Below, piece after piece: positions 25,512 through 37,100 of a stretch of 64,000 nucleotides of DNA (positions are counted from its first letter, which is position 1; each line of letters starts with the position of its first letter). Under the pieces are notes generated by a model, which saw only the letters and a list, made by a program, of their open reading frames with translations, did no database searches and was not told the DNA's origin. The translations under genes were made by a program, and so were the position numbers. The DNA lies in contig CBFFRP010000426.1 of NCBI GenBank assembly GCA_965644295.1, positions 62,001-126,000 of the forward strand. Direction: 5' to 3'. This DNA comes from Paraphysomonas bandaiensis (taxonomy: Eukaryota > Protista > Chrysophyceae).

Positions 25512-26012
25512 TTATATATAATGGGGAAAACACAATTCACTTATGCTTTCTACCAATATGGATACGTAGTCCATTTTCAGTCTTTGCGACAAAATCACAC
25601 ATTGGGCAGAGATGACATTACCTGCACATACATTAAACTTGGCCTCCTCTTCCTCCTTCTTTGTTCTCCGTTCTTTTGCCTTCTTTTTTAGAGCATCCTC
25701 CCGCATCTTGGGGTCATATCCATGTTCATATGGGTGGAGTAAGTGCATGAAACAAGCGTGTTCGTCCTCCCTCTCCTTTGTTCTCCGTTCTTCTGCCTTT
25801 TCTAGAGCATCCTCCCGCATCTTGGGGTCATATCCATGTTCATATGGGTGGAGTAAGTGCATGAAACAAGCGTGTTCGTCCTCCCTCTTCTTTGTTCTCC
25901 GTTCTTCTGCCTTTTCTAGAGCATACTCCCGCATCTTGGGGTCATATCCATGTTCATATGGGTGTAAACGGAGTAAGTGAATGAAACGCGCGTGTCCGTC
26001 CTCGCTCTTCAT
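25512..26012 (-). CDS. Hypothetical ORF with three ~38-aa (114-bp) repeats (HPYEHGYDPKMRE)
   Basis: Tandem repeat visible; true start uncertain. Confidence 0.4.
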   Translation of the reverse strand: MKSEDGHARFIHLLRLHPYEHGYDPKMREYALEKAEERRTKKREDEHACFMHLLHPYEHGYDPKMREDALEKAEERRTKEREDEHACFMHLLHPYEHGYDPKMREDALKKKAKERRTKKEEEEAKFNVCAGNVISAQCVILSQRLKMDYVSILVESISELCFPHYI

Positions 26013-26339
26013 TATTCTTCGTTCTTCTGCACTAGTAAGAGTTCTTTTCGCTCATTGATGTCGAATCCATGATGTTCAAATGATGGCTTCGATGATGACG
26101 AGCAATTACGAAGCATGTACCGACGCCCCCTAAAACGCCTATTCTCGTGTTGCACCATAATATTCTTTCTCTTCACCCCTCGTTTTGACTTGAGATCATC
26201 TATCGTAAAAAGCTGATATATATCATTGATAAAAAAGTAACATACATAAAAGATAAGGGGGTTACACTTTAGATGATGATGACTTCAATCTCTCCTACGG
26301 ATGTCCACTCTCTTCTTTCATGTATCGGTAAACGAAGTC

Positions 26340-26740
26340 ATTAGGCAATGAAGAAGACGAGGTGTGGCAAAGACAACGATTTCATTTTATATCCATTCAA
26401 CTGGAAAATGGAGGCAATCAACTGGCCCAAGTAGTATCAATGTTACAACTGACATTAGAAAACGACATCAAGTATTTCTATATTGTTCAGTATATATGGA
26501 ACCGTGTGTAGTGAGTAGCCTTGATTTTTCCTGAAATACAGATGGGAAGTTCGTTGCAATCGCCGACGCCAGCAGATATTATGCCACGATATTATTGATT
26601 TTGAAAATATTCTTGACACAGCATTTATTATTCCAGATTTTGCTCATGATGTAATTGTTGGAAAGCCGAATGCAATAGTAGATAGATTTTGGTATATTCC
26701 AAGGAAATTCTTTGATCGTTGTGGGTGGAATGATTTGGAA
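26340..26740 (+). pseudogene. Degenerate coding remnant, possibly the C-terminus of a CACTA/Plavaka-like transposase
   Basis: Broken-frame peptides RFHFISI...LAQVVSML, HDIIDFENILDTAFIIPDF, DRFWYIPRKFFDRCGW. Family assignment is from recall only. Confidence 0.35.
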
Positions 26741-27738
26741 AATTCCGACTATAATCGGACCGATGATATGGAGGTATATACAGGAGCCATATTATGAACA
26801 GGAATGGCTCTAGTGCAATAGAAATGCAGCGCGATATATTATGCAAGAAATAACCATGCTGCAAATAACATGATCGATTCTGACACTGGTGACTCCGTAC
26901 TTTCTGAAGACGAAAGTACAACGAGTAGTAGTATATCTAGTGCCAGTATCTCTGATAGTGAAGGTGACGGCATGTAATTCTATAATTTATATTCCCCTGC
27001 TTATTTAAGTGACGTTAAAAGTCATTCTTCACAACTATAGTACAACTTACTGACAATGGAATTGATTGCTCTAGCCAGATAGGCATAGTGCTTTATCCGT
27101 CCTTTACTTAAAAAGGCTGAAAAATTTAGTAGGCTCAACTGCCATTTTTAAATTGTGATAGAGCCTTCCGCATAATTTAGAAGGTGCCAATAGTAGTTTA
27201 TAGTTTGGTAGCAACGTCGGCTAAATTTAGTTGGGACAATAAATCGTACCCTGAATATAGGATTCCTCTTAATATAAGAGGATATATGTACAATATAATG
27301 TTCAATGAAATATATCATGAATTGAATTAATCATTTTATCTGTTGAAGATACTTGATCGTCATCATAATGATAATGACGACGTTATGATGACGATCACGT
27401 ATCTTCGACAGATACTCTCTCTAATTCAGTTCATGGTATATTTCATTGAACATTATAACTCACAGATACAATCATGTATTAAGCTGAATCCTAATAGTGA
27501 CAAAATAAGATCGTCGTACGAGAAATGAGTGGTAGTAGAGACAAAATGAAATTGATGAATGATAAGAGATGATATTGATTATAATTTATAATTTTCAGCA
27601 TTGTGTATAAGTTACCTGCTGTTGTTAAGTTAATACTTCTCATATAATGTCAAACTACCAATGCAATACGAAACCCATGCTGCAATGTTATTACTATCAC
27701 CACTAAAATTTACCACACAATGCTACCGCAATTCCTAA

Positions 27739-29069
27739 CTAGTTACTGTCTACATTATGCTTATCCATGTATCTCGTAATAATATAAAGCTGAACAAATA
27801 TTTTACCGGCAGCTGTGGTGACAAGCCGCTCTCTGTCTTGCCATGCAGAATCGTATATCGGTTCGTGGGTAAGAAGTGCCGGAACTCTTCCTAAGAAATA
27901 CGAATCCATTTCCTCGCTCTTGCTTCCTACAGGTCTCCAAAGACTTATCTAGTAAAACAGGAAATTATACGAAAATTATAGTGATGCATACGTACACACA
28001 ACTCCAAACATCGCATATTATACATGAGCATGAAATATAAGTTATGACTTTTCACCCACCTCTATGTTATGTAGGCCTGGAGTAGTCGGTAGGTGAGCAA
28101 ACCCATATCCACCTAATATGCGCCGGCCGTGTATATCCAATCGATAAGTCTGAACACAGAGACGCAACGAGCCCCAGGCCTGACATAGTGTAATAAAATG
28201 AAAATTATTACGGATAGAAAAACTTCGAACTCACCTGCATGCCGGCTTCTGCGAAATGCAAATCCAGAGGGTGGTCGAAGGGGAAACACTCTGAGGAATA
28301 ATCGTGTTGTGCGTATGATACCTGGGTCTGGCCCTGCAAGTCGCCCCCTAAATGCCTCCAACTTGCGGCATGGTCCACACGCCATCTGCACAACGTCAAT
28401 GAGATCCAATACGTGATTAAGATACAATAATTGGTCTTGCCTACAGCTTCCGCCTTCGTTCTGCTCCTGAGCGATATTCTGGCCCGAGACTATTTTGCCA
28501 ATAAAATGAAGTTCTGGAAGAGACTCCACATGAAGTCGGTCGAGTTTCTTGTGTCGCATTTTTATAGCCCCAATCGGATTTGTTCGGATTGGCTCAAGTA
28601 CACGAAGTGGTCCCGCTTCTATATCCTTTTGAAGTTGATCTTTCTCTCCTTTATCATGCAAGTTGGCAGTGGCTCCATCTTCTTCGTGGGTACCGCTGTC
28701 TGGAGCATTCCTACTACCCCGAGAAGTTGGCTTGTCCTCCTTGTCCCCACCAGAATCCTTTTGTCCAGAAGTATTACCTCTGCTACGTCCGCGACTTAAC
28801 TTCGATCCAGATGCCGAATCTCCATCAGCAGTCATCTCCAAACCTTCATTATCTGAGTCTGGCTTTTCTTCACGATGTGGTTTAGCTTCTTCTCCATCTG
28901 CAGGATCATCTCGTTTACGGAAGTTTCTCCGTATACGTCCTCCAGTCCGAGGCTGTGCTGCAGGCTCAGATGTTACTGTATTATCTCCATCACGACTACG
29001 ACTAGGACCACTTATTCCACCATCTGATTCAGTTGGTACATCATTACGAGAACGACGTAATCTTGACAT
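27739..29069 (-). CDS. B9-domain ciliary transition-zone protein (B9D2-like) with a long disordered N-terminus
   Basis: Spliced PELHFIGKI...CRW...GQTQ...FDHPLDLHF...GYGFAHLPTTPG...LWRPVG...R.RLVTTAAGKI; 4 exons, first intron GC-AG. Confidence 0.85.
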
Positions 29070-30833
29070 TGTTTTCTATATGATGTCTGACTCAGATACA
29101 CATAGTGAGATAGGCAACAGTGTGATTGTATGATGAGAATGAATTTATTTATATAGAAATGATGGTAGAGATTACTATAAGAGGTAAAGGTAGCTTCATA
29201 TGTATGTATGTATATGTATGTATGTATGTGTAGTTAGAGTGACTTTAATTTCAAATCATATCAGAGTTCAGTTTACCATACTGCTGTATGCTGAAGCATG
29301 TATATGTATCGGGTAGGTACACAGCAGCCTATATATTATAGTGTATGTGTGTATGTGTGTATGTGTATGGAGAATACAGCAGTCGGCAGTGTATCATCTA
29401 TCTACTACATGTACAGGAGTATACTGCAGTTGTACTTGAAATTTGAAAAGTCAAAAAATGACAATGATGTGGAATAGTTGGAAACCCCATATATTCCATT
29501 CAATTTATAGGAGGAAGTTTAGGGTTTGTAGTAATATGCCTTTTTTGTAATTGATTTTCTGGAATTTTGTACCTACATATCTTCATCTTATAGGAAATCT
29601 CTGTAAGAAAGACACTACAATATTTTCACAAGGAGATTATCGCTCATTCCAATGATGAACTGTTACATATACATGAATGCATAAGTATTGATCAATCTAT
29701 ATACACTGTTCAGGAAAAGAAAGAGAATGATACCTAGATTATAGTCAACATATATGCAAATGATCACAATATATGCAGAGATGAGCATCATACAATGCAC
29801 TCATATTAGCGTTGTCAAATAGCAGTGGGAATTATCATGTAGATGACACCGATGAACTTATGAACACTCAGGAAGGGTACAGCAGATGAAGCGATGCTAG
29901 CAATGCTCATTCAGGCTAAAAATGAACATTACTTTTGTTCAATGTGTACAGAATACCACTAACAATGATGAATATTTGTTATTGATCCACAGGTCAGGTG
30001 CATGGGGTATGGAATCCGAGTATATGTCCGAATAGTCAGCACTACAAGAGCATGGACTCAAGATTGTTCGGAGATGATTACATCCCATCAATAACAGTCA
30101 AAATGCTCAAGTTTTTACATGTTCCTAATGTATACTTCTAACACAACAGTTTTATGACTATCACCACACTATGCACTTGTATTAGGCTATATTTTTTCTA
30201 CATTGAGATACGTTTCTACTTTTTGAATACCAGTGTGTCATATGATATACACAGTGCGAGAAAAACTAGTGTTAATTATATTTATACATGGTAACAAGTA
30301 GTTGTAATACTATGTGTGTGTTTGTGGAAAGTTATTAGAAGTATTATGTAAATTGATAAGAGATAGAGAGTAAGTAAGTATCAACTAAGATAGCTATATG
30401 GCCATTAGGCATTAGCCACTAAGGGCAATAAGTGACCATCATCCTTAATATTTTCCAAATATATTTTAATATTATGTTCTCAAACTAAATATTAAATAAT
30501 TTCCAATTAATTGCATCCTTCCAGAGAGCAATTAATTATATTGCAATTAATTGTTACGCAGCCCTTGTAAGGATGCATTGCCTTTTAAGTCACAAGCTTG
30601 TTGTCTACGACCTACGACTAAGTAAAGACTAACCTATATAGCTGACTTCACTTATTTCGCAATTCACAAGATCATATTGTTTCCATATTTTCTATTTTAT
30701 CTCTTATTGCTCACACAAAAAAATATCGTCTGTGATGAATATTCAGTATCTAATTTTTACAGAGTTAAGTGTAGGAAACAAAATAGTATATTACAGCATG
30801 ACAGAAATATCTTCACAAAGAGAACACTCAGCG

Positions 30834-33578
30834 TTATCGCTTGCTCTTAATATCTAAAATGCTCTGTACATTTCGGTGAATGGAGTGTGGACTCACAATT
30901 GCATTTAGTATATCATGAGCTTCTGTATAGAAAGTCGGAGACCAATCTAATTGCCGACTCTCGAGTAAAGCTAACAGTTTGTCCCACACCAGGACAATTT
31001 CTTCGTACTCAGTACTCAATGTCTGTAATCCACGTAGCATTTGGATCGCATGCATGCCGTTGATTGCGCTAGAATTAGTTGAACCCATTTTTTCTGCTAC
31101 TTCTCGCAGGAACGAACGTACTGTTTCACTGCTGCCGGTCGACGAGCTCAATCCAAGCACCATGTGACTACTATGTTCGAATTCAGGCACAGAGTCATTA
31201 TCGCGAAGGCAGAGCACCAGTTGTTCTAGTGTTTCGAGAGCAACTGGACAATTATCGGTATTAATGTTCTGGAAACCAAGTGTAATACTCGCAATCTCAC
31301 TAGGGTCTAACTTGCCTTGAGTACTGATTAAATTGGTCAGCAAGGTATTAAGGACACGAATGAGATCTGAAACCTCTTCCATGCAGTACGTGGAGCTCAT
31401 ATTCCGTAAAGAATAATAGCAGTTGCCAATATCCATACATTCCAGTAACATATTACCGGGATACTGCGTAATAGATCGGTGGAGAATAAGTGTGGCATTT
31501 TTTAAAGTTTTCCGTACAATGGCATGTTCATTGCTCATATTTGCAAGTCCACTCAAAACTGCGGATATCGGAAAACCCCATATATCACTATCTGAAGACG
31601 ACAAATTGAGACTGTAATCGAGGTTGTGAAGAAGAGATACGACATGCTCGCTATCAAGAGACATACGGTTAAGGCCAGACATACATATGCGATATTGTCG
31701 TGGTGACAAACGTATCTGATTCTCGCCTGTATGGTTTTCAAATATATCCTCGACAAACGATAGAATATCTGACACAACGATGTGGGACTCCGATTTGTCG
31801 TGGAGACTACAAACTATCCTGCAAATTTCCCGTGTTTTAAAACTACCTGAAGAGGGTGTTGAAATGGACATATTTTCCCCAACTTTCTGCAATAATTCCC
31901 ATATGAGAGCCATCAATCGCCTAACCTCTGGATATTCAGTACTCATACCCCGCACACCCCATAGGGCCCCTGTGATGTCTCTCAAAGTGACTCTGGTGGA
32001 GTTATACTTCGACTTGGATTGATGCCTGCTTGCTGCTGAAGACCCGTCGTCTATACCTATGTCTGAACTAATGGAGGCTGTGGCCACATAGCAGTCACAC
32101 AAAACAGTGAGGAGAGTCCTCAGCTCCGAGTGTTGTTTATTAGAATTAGAGAATTCATCGGGATGAGGAAGACGCATATGGTTTAGAGAATAGACGCACT
32201 TACAAAATTGAGAGGGAGTTAAACGGAGAGGCTCAATACGATTGCTAGTCATAATTTTAGAAGCAAAGCACGATAACGACCGCGTCACAACTTCACATTG
32301 CCCAATCACTTGACTATTCCATTGATTTGACTGAGTGTATGCGTTTCCACTACTGAAAAACCCATTGAATATACTAGTAACTACTATCCCGTTGAAAACG
32401 TACCGACTCGATTCCTCTGAGGTATCAAGGTATCTGTCTGTGAGGGTAGCAAGCAGCATATCCGCCCCATGTGAAGAAAGTGATATGTTCTGCAAGCCAG
32501 AAAACATCATCCCAACTTCTTGGGCTCGAACGTTGTCACCCATAGATGGACGACTAGAGATGTGTCGGGAAATAGCAGACACAAGCCTTCGAACAGGTGG
32601 GTGCTGCAAATGCATATTGCTCATGCCAAACAAAATCAAAGCAATACAAGAGCTTGGGATATTTCCTTCATATAACTCGAATTTCTCTGCTAAGCTATCA
32701 ATTACGGATTGCACTTCGACAGCAGTAGAACTCATGTGGCGTAGTCCATACATTGCCACGCCAAGATCCCGGTGAGTGAAAGGATCGCTGCATTGTCGTA
32801 TGTGAGGCGCTAGCGCCTTGAGTACTTCTCGCACCTCCAGATCACGTGAGGTCATCTCTTTGAGGCCGTAGAGGGAGTTGCTAATGACTAACGGGGAGAA
32901 TTTTTCGTCAATAGCACAGATTTTCTGTGCAAGAAGGTGCAGTAAACTACGCACACCAGGTATACCACAGTGCATTTTCTGTAGACCATAAAGCGCATTG
33001 CTGCACTCTTGTGGTCTTAAAATACATTTTGACATTCGCATCTTTAGCAGCAGGGCTTTTAAAACTTCACCAACTGCTGGGGAATTACCGGACATGTTTT
33101 GAAGGCCGTAGAGACAATTGCCAATAGACTGTCCAGTAAATTCACCTTGTGCGTGGGGTATACGCCGAGACAATTCAGTCAGGAGAGCACCGATAGCTGT
33201 ACTGGATGAGTTTAACTTATGAACACTATACAATAGGTTAGATATCTGTCTGCTGGTGAAACATATAGGAACACTCTTGAGAGCTCTCCCTATCTTATGT
33301 ATCTCCTTATCAGATAACACCACACCTTTACGAGTTGATCGATAGAAGACATTAATGAGATCATTGTGATGCATAATATGTGAATATCTATTAATATATT
33401 GACATACTTGAGTAGAATTAATCGGCTGTTGAGACAATAGACGATTCCCCTCTTTGGCTATCTGAGACTTATCCTTTAAGAGCCCATATGATCGTATGAT
33501 TGGCTGTCGTAGTGCTGATTGATTGTATTTTCTTCCAAGAGATAAACACTGTAGTGATATATATCGATATGTATTCAT
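30834..33578 (-). CDS. Intronless 914-aa alpha-helical repeat protein (OPR/FASTK-like), probably organellar
   Basis: LYGLxxM motif at exact 40-aa spacing; basic N-terminus. Confidence 0.8.
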   Translation of the reverse strand: MNTYRYISLQCLSLGRKYNQSALRQPIIRSYGLLKDKSQIAKEGNRLLSQQPINSTQVCQYINRYSHIMHHNDLINVFYRSTRKGVVLSDKEIHKIGRALKSVPICFTSRQISNLLYSVHKLNSSSTAIGALLTELSRRIPHAQGEFTGQSIGNCLYGLQNMSGNSPAVGEVLKALLLKMRMSKCILRPQECSNALYGLQKMHCGIPGVRSLLHLLAQKICAIDEKFSPLVISNSLYGLKEMTSRDLEVREVLKALAPHIRQCSDPFTHRDLGVAMYGLRHMSSTAVEVQSVIDSLAEKFELYEGNIPSSCIALILFGMSNMHLQHPPVRRLVSAISRHISSRPSMGDNVRAQEVGMMFSGLQNISLSSHGADMLLATLTDRYLDTSEESSRYVFNGIVVTSIFNGFFSSGNAYTQSNQWNSQVIGQCEVVTRSLSCFASKIMTSNRIEPLRLTPSQFCKCVYSLNHMRLPHPDEFSNSNKQHSELRTLLTVLCDCYVATASISSDIGIDDGSSAASRHQSKSKYNSTRVTLRDITGALWGVRGMSTEYPEVRRLMALIWELLQKVGENMSISTPSSGSFKTREICRIVCSLHDKSESHIVVSDILSFVEDIFENHTGENQIRLSPRQYRICMSGLNRMSLDSEHVVSLLHNLDYSLNLSSSDSDIWGFPISAVLSGLANMSNEHAIVRKTLKNATLILHRSITQYPGNMLLECMDIGNCYYSLRNMSSTYCMEEVSDLIRVLNTLLTNLISTQGKLDPSEIASITLGFQNINTDNCPVALETLEQLVLCLRDNDSVPEFEHSSHMVLGLSSSTGSSETVRSFLREVAEKMGSTNSSAINGMHAIQMLRGLQTLSTEYEEIVLVWDKLLALLESRQLDWSPTFYTEAHDILNAIVSPHSIHRNVQSILDIKSKR

Positions 33579-33911
33579 AATGTATGGTGTGGATATGATG
33601 ATAAGATGCGTTGTTCATATCATGAGGAGTGGATTATGTAATGAAGGGAGTGGGTTGATGTATCATCTGATAGAGAAAATGATGTATCTCCTTTAATATA
33701 TGGAGATGATTGAACTATATCATATTGTGGAATTGTGGACTGTACTATAGAAGAGGGCTGTGCATAACACTTGCATTGTATATATATGTGTATGTACAAC
33801 ATGCATACTTTTTAATGGTGGATGTCAGCATATACGTATATACACATACATATACACATACATATACACGCATGTACACAATGTGTACACTGTACTGTAT
33901 TTTGTTGTATT

Positions 33912-34161
33912 GTATGTATGTATGTATGTATGTATGTATGTATGTATGTATGTATGTATGTATGTATGTATGTATGTATGTATGTATGTATGTATGTATG
34001 TATGTATGTATGTATGTATGTATGTATGTATGTATGTATGTATGTATGTATGTATGTATGTATGTATGTATGTATGTATGTATGTATGTATGTATGTATG
34101 TATGTATGTATGTATGTATGTATGTATGTATGTATTATGTATGTATGTATGTATGTATGTA
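33912..34161. repeat. (TATG)n array, left flank of the copia insertion (continues 39136-39196)
   Basis: Directly visible. Confidence 0.99.
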
Positions 34162-37100
34162 CGTAGAGGAATGAGAGGATGTTCTTTTCAGTTTAGTACT
34201 TGAAGTGACTGTATAAGATATACATAGGGCACATAGAGGTGTATGGTGTTATATTATGCAGTGTGTAGTGTACGGCTGTAGAATAGAGGCATAATTTCCT
34301 CTTACTGAGAAGTTCTGTAGTAACTGTAAAGAGAACCTTGCTTTGACTACCTGTAGTGTAGACTGTGTGAAAGCAACGGGGGTATTCCGTCCGTTTATTG
34401 ATTTGTAACATCCGTAACATTCGACCGAGTACCGTATTTTTCTCTGCGTAAGAGGAAATTATGAAGAAGACAACGAACGACAAGCCAACAAGATTTGCAA
34501 GATTCGGCAAGAAACCGAGCACCGATAGACCAGAACATGTACCGACTTTAAGATACGGTGCCAACTCGAACTTCGCCACATTCAAACAGAGGCTTGTAGT
34601 GGTGGGCATGCAAAAGTACGGTGATCTTGCACGCCTAGTAGAGCTGGACAAATATTATGAGCCCGATGCGATAAACCCAGAGGATTTTGATTTGGAAGAC
34701 GACCCCTATGGAGTTAACCTCGACCTGATGAAGGACAAGACCAAGACCAGAGGGAGATTAATAGACAAGATGCGGAACGATAGATCGGCATTCTACTCAT
34801 TCATGGTAGACCATCTGAGCCACGAATCAATGGATGCAGTCAAGCTATTAGATGAATACGAGCTCATGAACAGGACTAAGGATCCTCTACTACTATGGCT
34901 GGCTATCAAACAAACCCACAAAGTATCTACTAACTCCAGCGTAAGTACAGTGGTACGAGCAGAAGCGAGGAAAAGGTACAAAGACGCTAAACAAGGAGCA
35001 TATGAGAGTATAGTTACTTATAAGGAGAGGTTTGATCATCTATTAGAAGCCTACAAAGACATGAACAACGCGGAAATGAATGAAGAGGACATCGCGATGG
35101 ATTTCTTCGAAGGGCTGGACGACATGAGATATGGCGATTTCAAAACTAGCTATCTCAACGATCTAACAATGGGCACGCAAGCAGCACCTACACACGTAAA
35201 TGAAATATATACTAAAGCATCAAAATATCTAACGCCGAAGAGAGCAACGAGAGCAGGCGGCGGATCCGCATTCGTGAGCAAATCGAAGTCTGACAAAGGC
35301 AAGAAATCAGCAGATAGCGATGATACACCAGAGCAGCAACAAGGGAACGACACGAAGTCGCACAACAGCAAACGTGGTCAGAAAAAAAGGCAGCTCATAT
35401 GTTGGGGCTGCGGTGAGCCAGGCCACAGAATGAACGAATGCCCAGACAGTAGCCAAGAATCAGAAAACAAGCACTGCACGACAACAATGTTGAACGCCTT
35501 CACGTCAGGAAGCGAGCCATTCCAATGGTACGAGGTATTACTCGACAACCAGGCGGATGTCTCGGTAGTACACCCAAGACTACTGAACAATGTAAGACCG
35601 GCGTCCAAAGGATGCACCGTGGCGGGATTATCGGGACACGCACTGGAACTACCGAATGTAGGCGAGCTAGACCAATTCTTCACCTGTAAGACAGCAGATG
35701 AGCTAAGGGCAAGCGTGCTATGTCAGGCGGACGTAGAAGACATATATGAAGTGACATATAGGCAGGGAGAGTCTTTCACTGTCCACTTACCTGACAGTGA
35801 TTTGACTTTCTATCGAAAGAACAAGATGTATGTGGCCGACATGCGCGACTGGGCGACGGCCAAAGTCAACGTAACGACTGTAGCGGAGCGCGAAGCCCAA
35901 TATTCGAAAGTAGAAGTCGCGAGAGCGCGAGAAGCACGAGACCTGATCCGAAACTCGGGCTTCGACTCGGAGAGAGATGCTGTGCAGCTAGTGAGCGACG
36001 GAAACGTTACAGGGGTGCGACTTACCCCGAGTGATATCAGAAGAGCTTTTGACATATATGGGAGACCGTTCGAAGCGGTGAGAGGCAAGCAGACGAATAA
36101 GAAAGTCAGCCGGCAATACGCGGATCCGGAACTGAAGGCAGAACAGCAGAAGGAGCAAAGGCTGTACACAGACATCTTCAGTGTGAGACAGCAATCGTTC
36201 ATGCTCACACTAGCGGAACCATTGGGACTAACCATCGTTACTTCACTCGAAAACGAAACAACGGATCAGTTGGGATTGGCCCTACAGGAACAAGTAAACC
36301 TGTTAAGAAGCTACGGGTACATACCGACAGTTACCTACCTGGACCCTCAGCCGGGATTCAAGGCCCTGAGAGGCAAAATCACAGGGATGGAGATTGACGT
36401 GGCAGGGGCTGGAGATCACCTGGACAAGATCGACGCGAAGATTAGGCGACTCAAAGAGACAATACGCAGTGTACATTCAGGGCTACCATGGAACCTACCA
36501 GATGCCAACGTCAGAGACCTGGTGAGATACGCCAACAGCCGCATGAACTTGAGGAGGCCATCCACCAATGGCACAACTGTAGCACCGCGAGTGGCATTGA
36601 CTGGTCGGAAACCCAATTATAAAAAGGAACTGTCACTGGCTTTCGGGGACTATGTTGAATGTTATGACCCGAAGGTCAAGAGCAATAACGCGGAGCAGGC
36701 CAGAACAGAACCATGTATCGCGCTGTACCCATCCGGCAACGCAAACGGGAGTTGGATATTTTTAAACCTTAAAACAAATAAATATGTGAGTAGGACCAAC
36801 TGGGTGAAGATGGTGACCACGCAAATAGTAATAGACGCCGTGAATAGAATATCGTCATTGCACAACAAGTCACACTCACCTGTCACGACCAGCGAGAATG
36901 AGAGTCGAGAGATCGAGGATACCACGCCACCAGCTGAGAATGACGAGATCGATAAGCCGAAGGAGCCTCACGAGGAGGGGCAGATGACAGCCATTGACAC
37001 AGACGAAGGGCACGGCCACACAGAAGAGAGAGAGAGAACAAAAATCACGGAACTAGTCGACGATGATGGCGACAGGGCTGATGGGCCGAGCGAACAGGAA

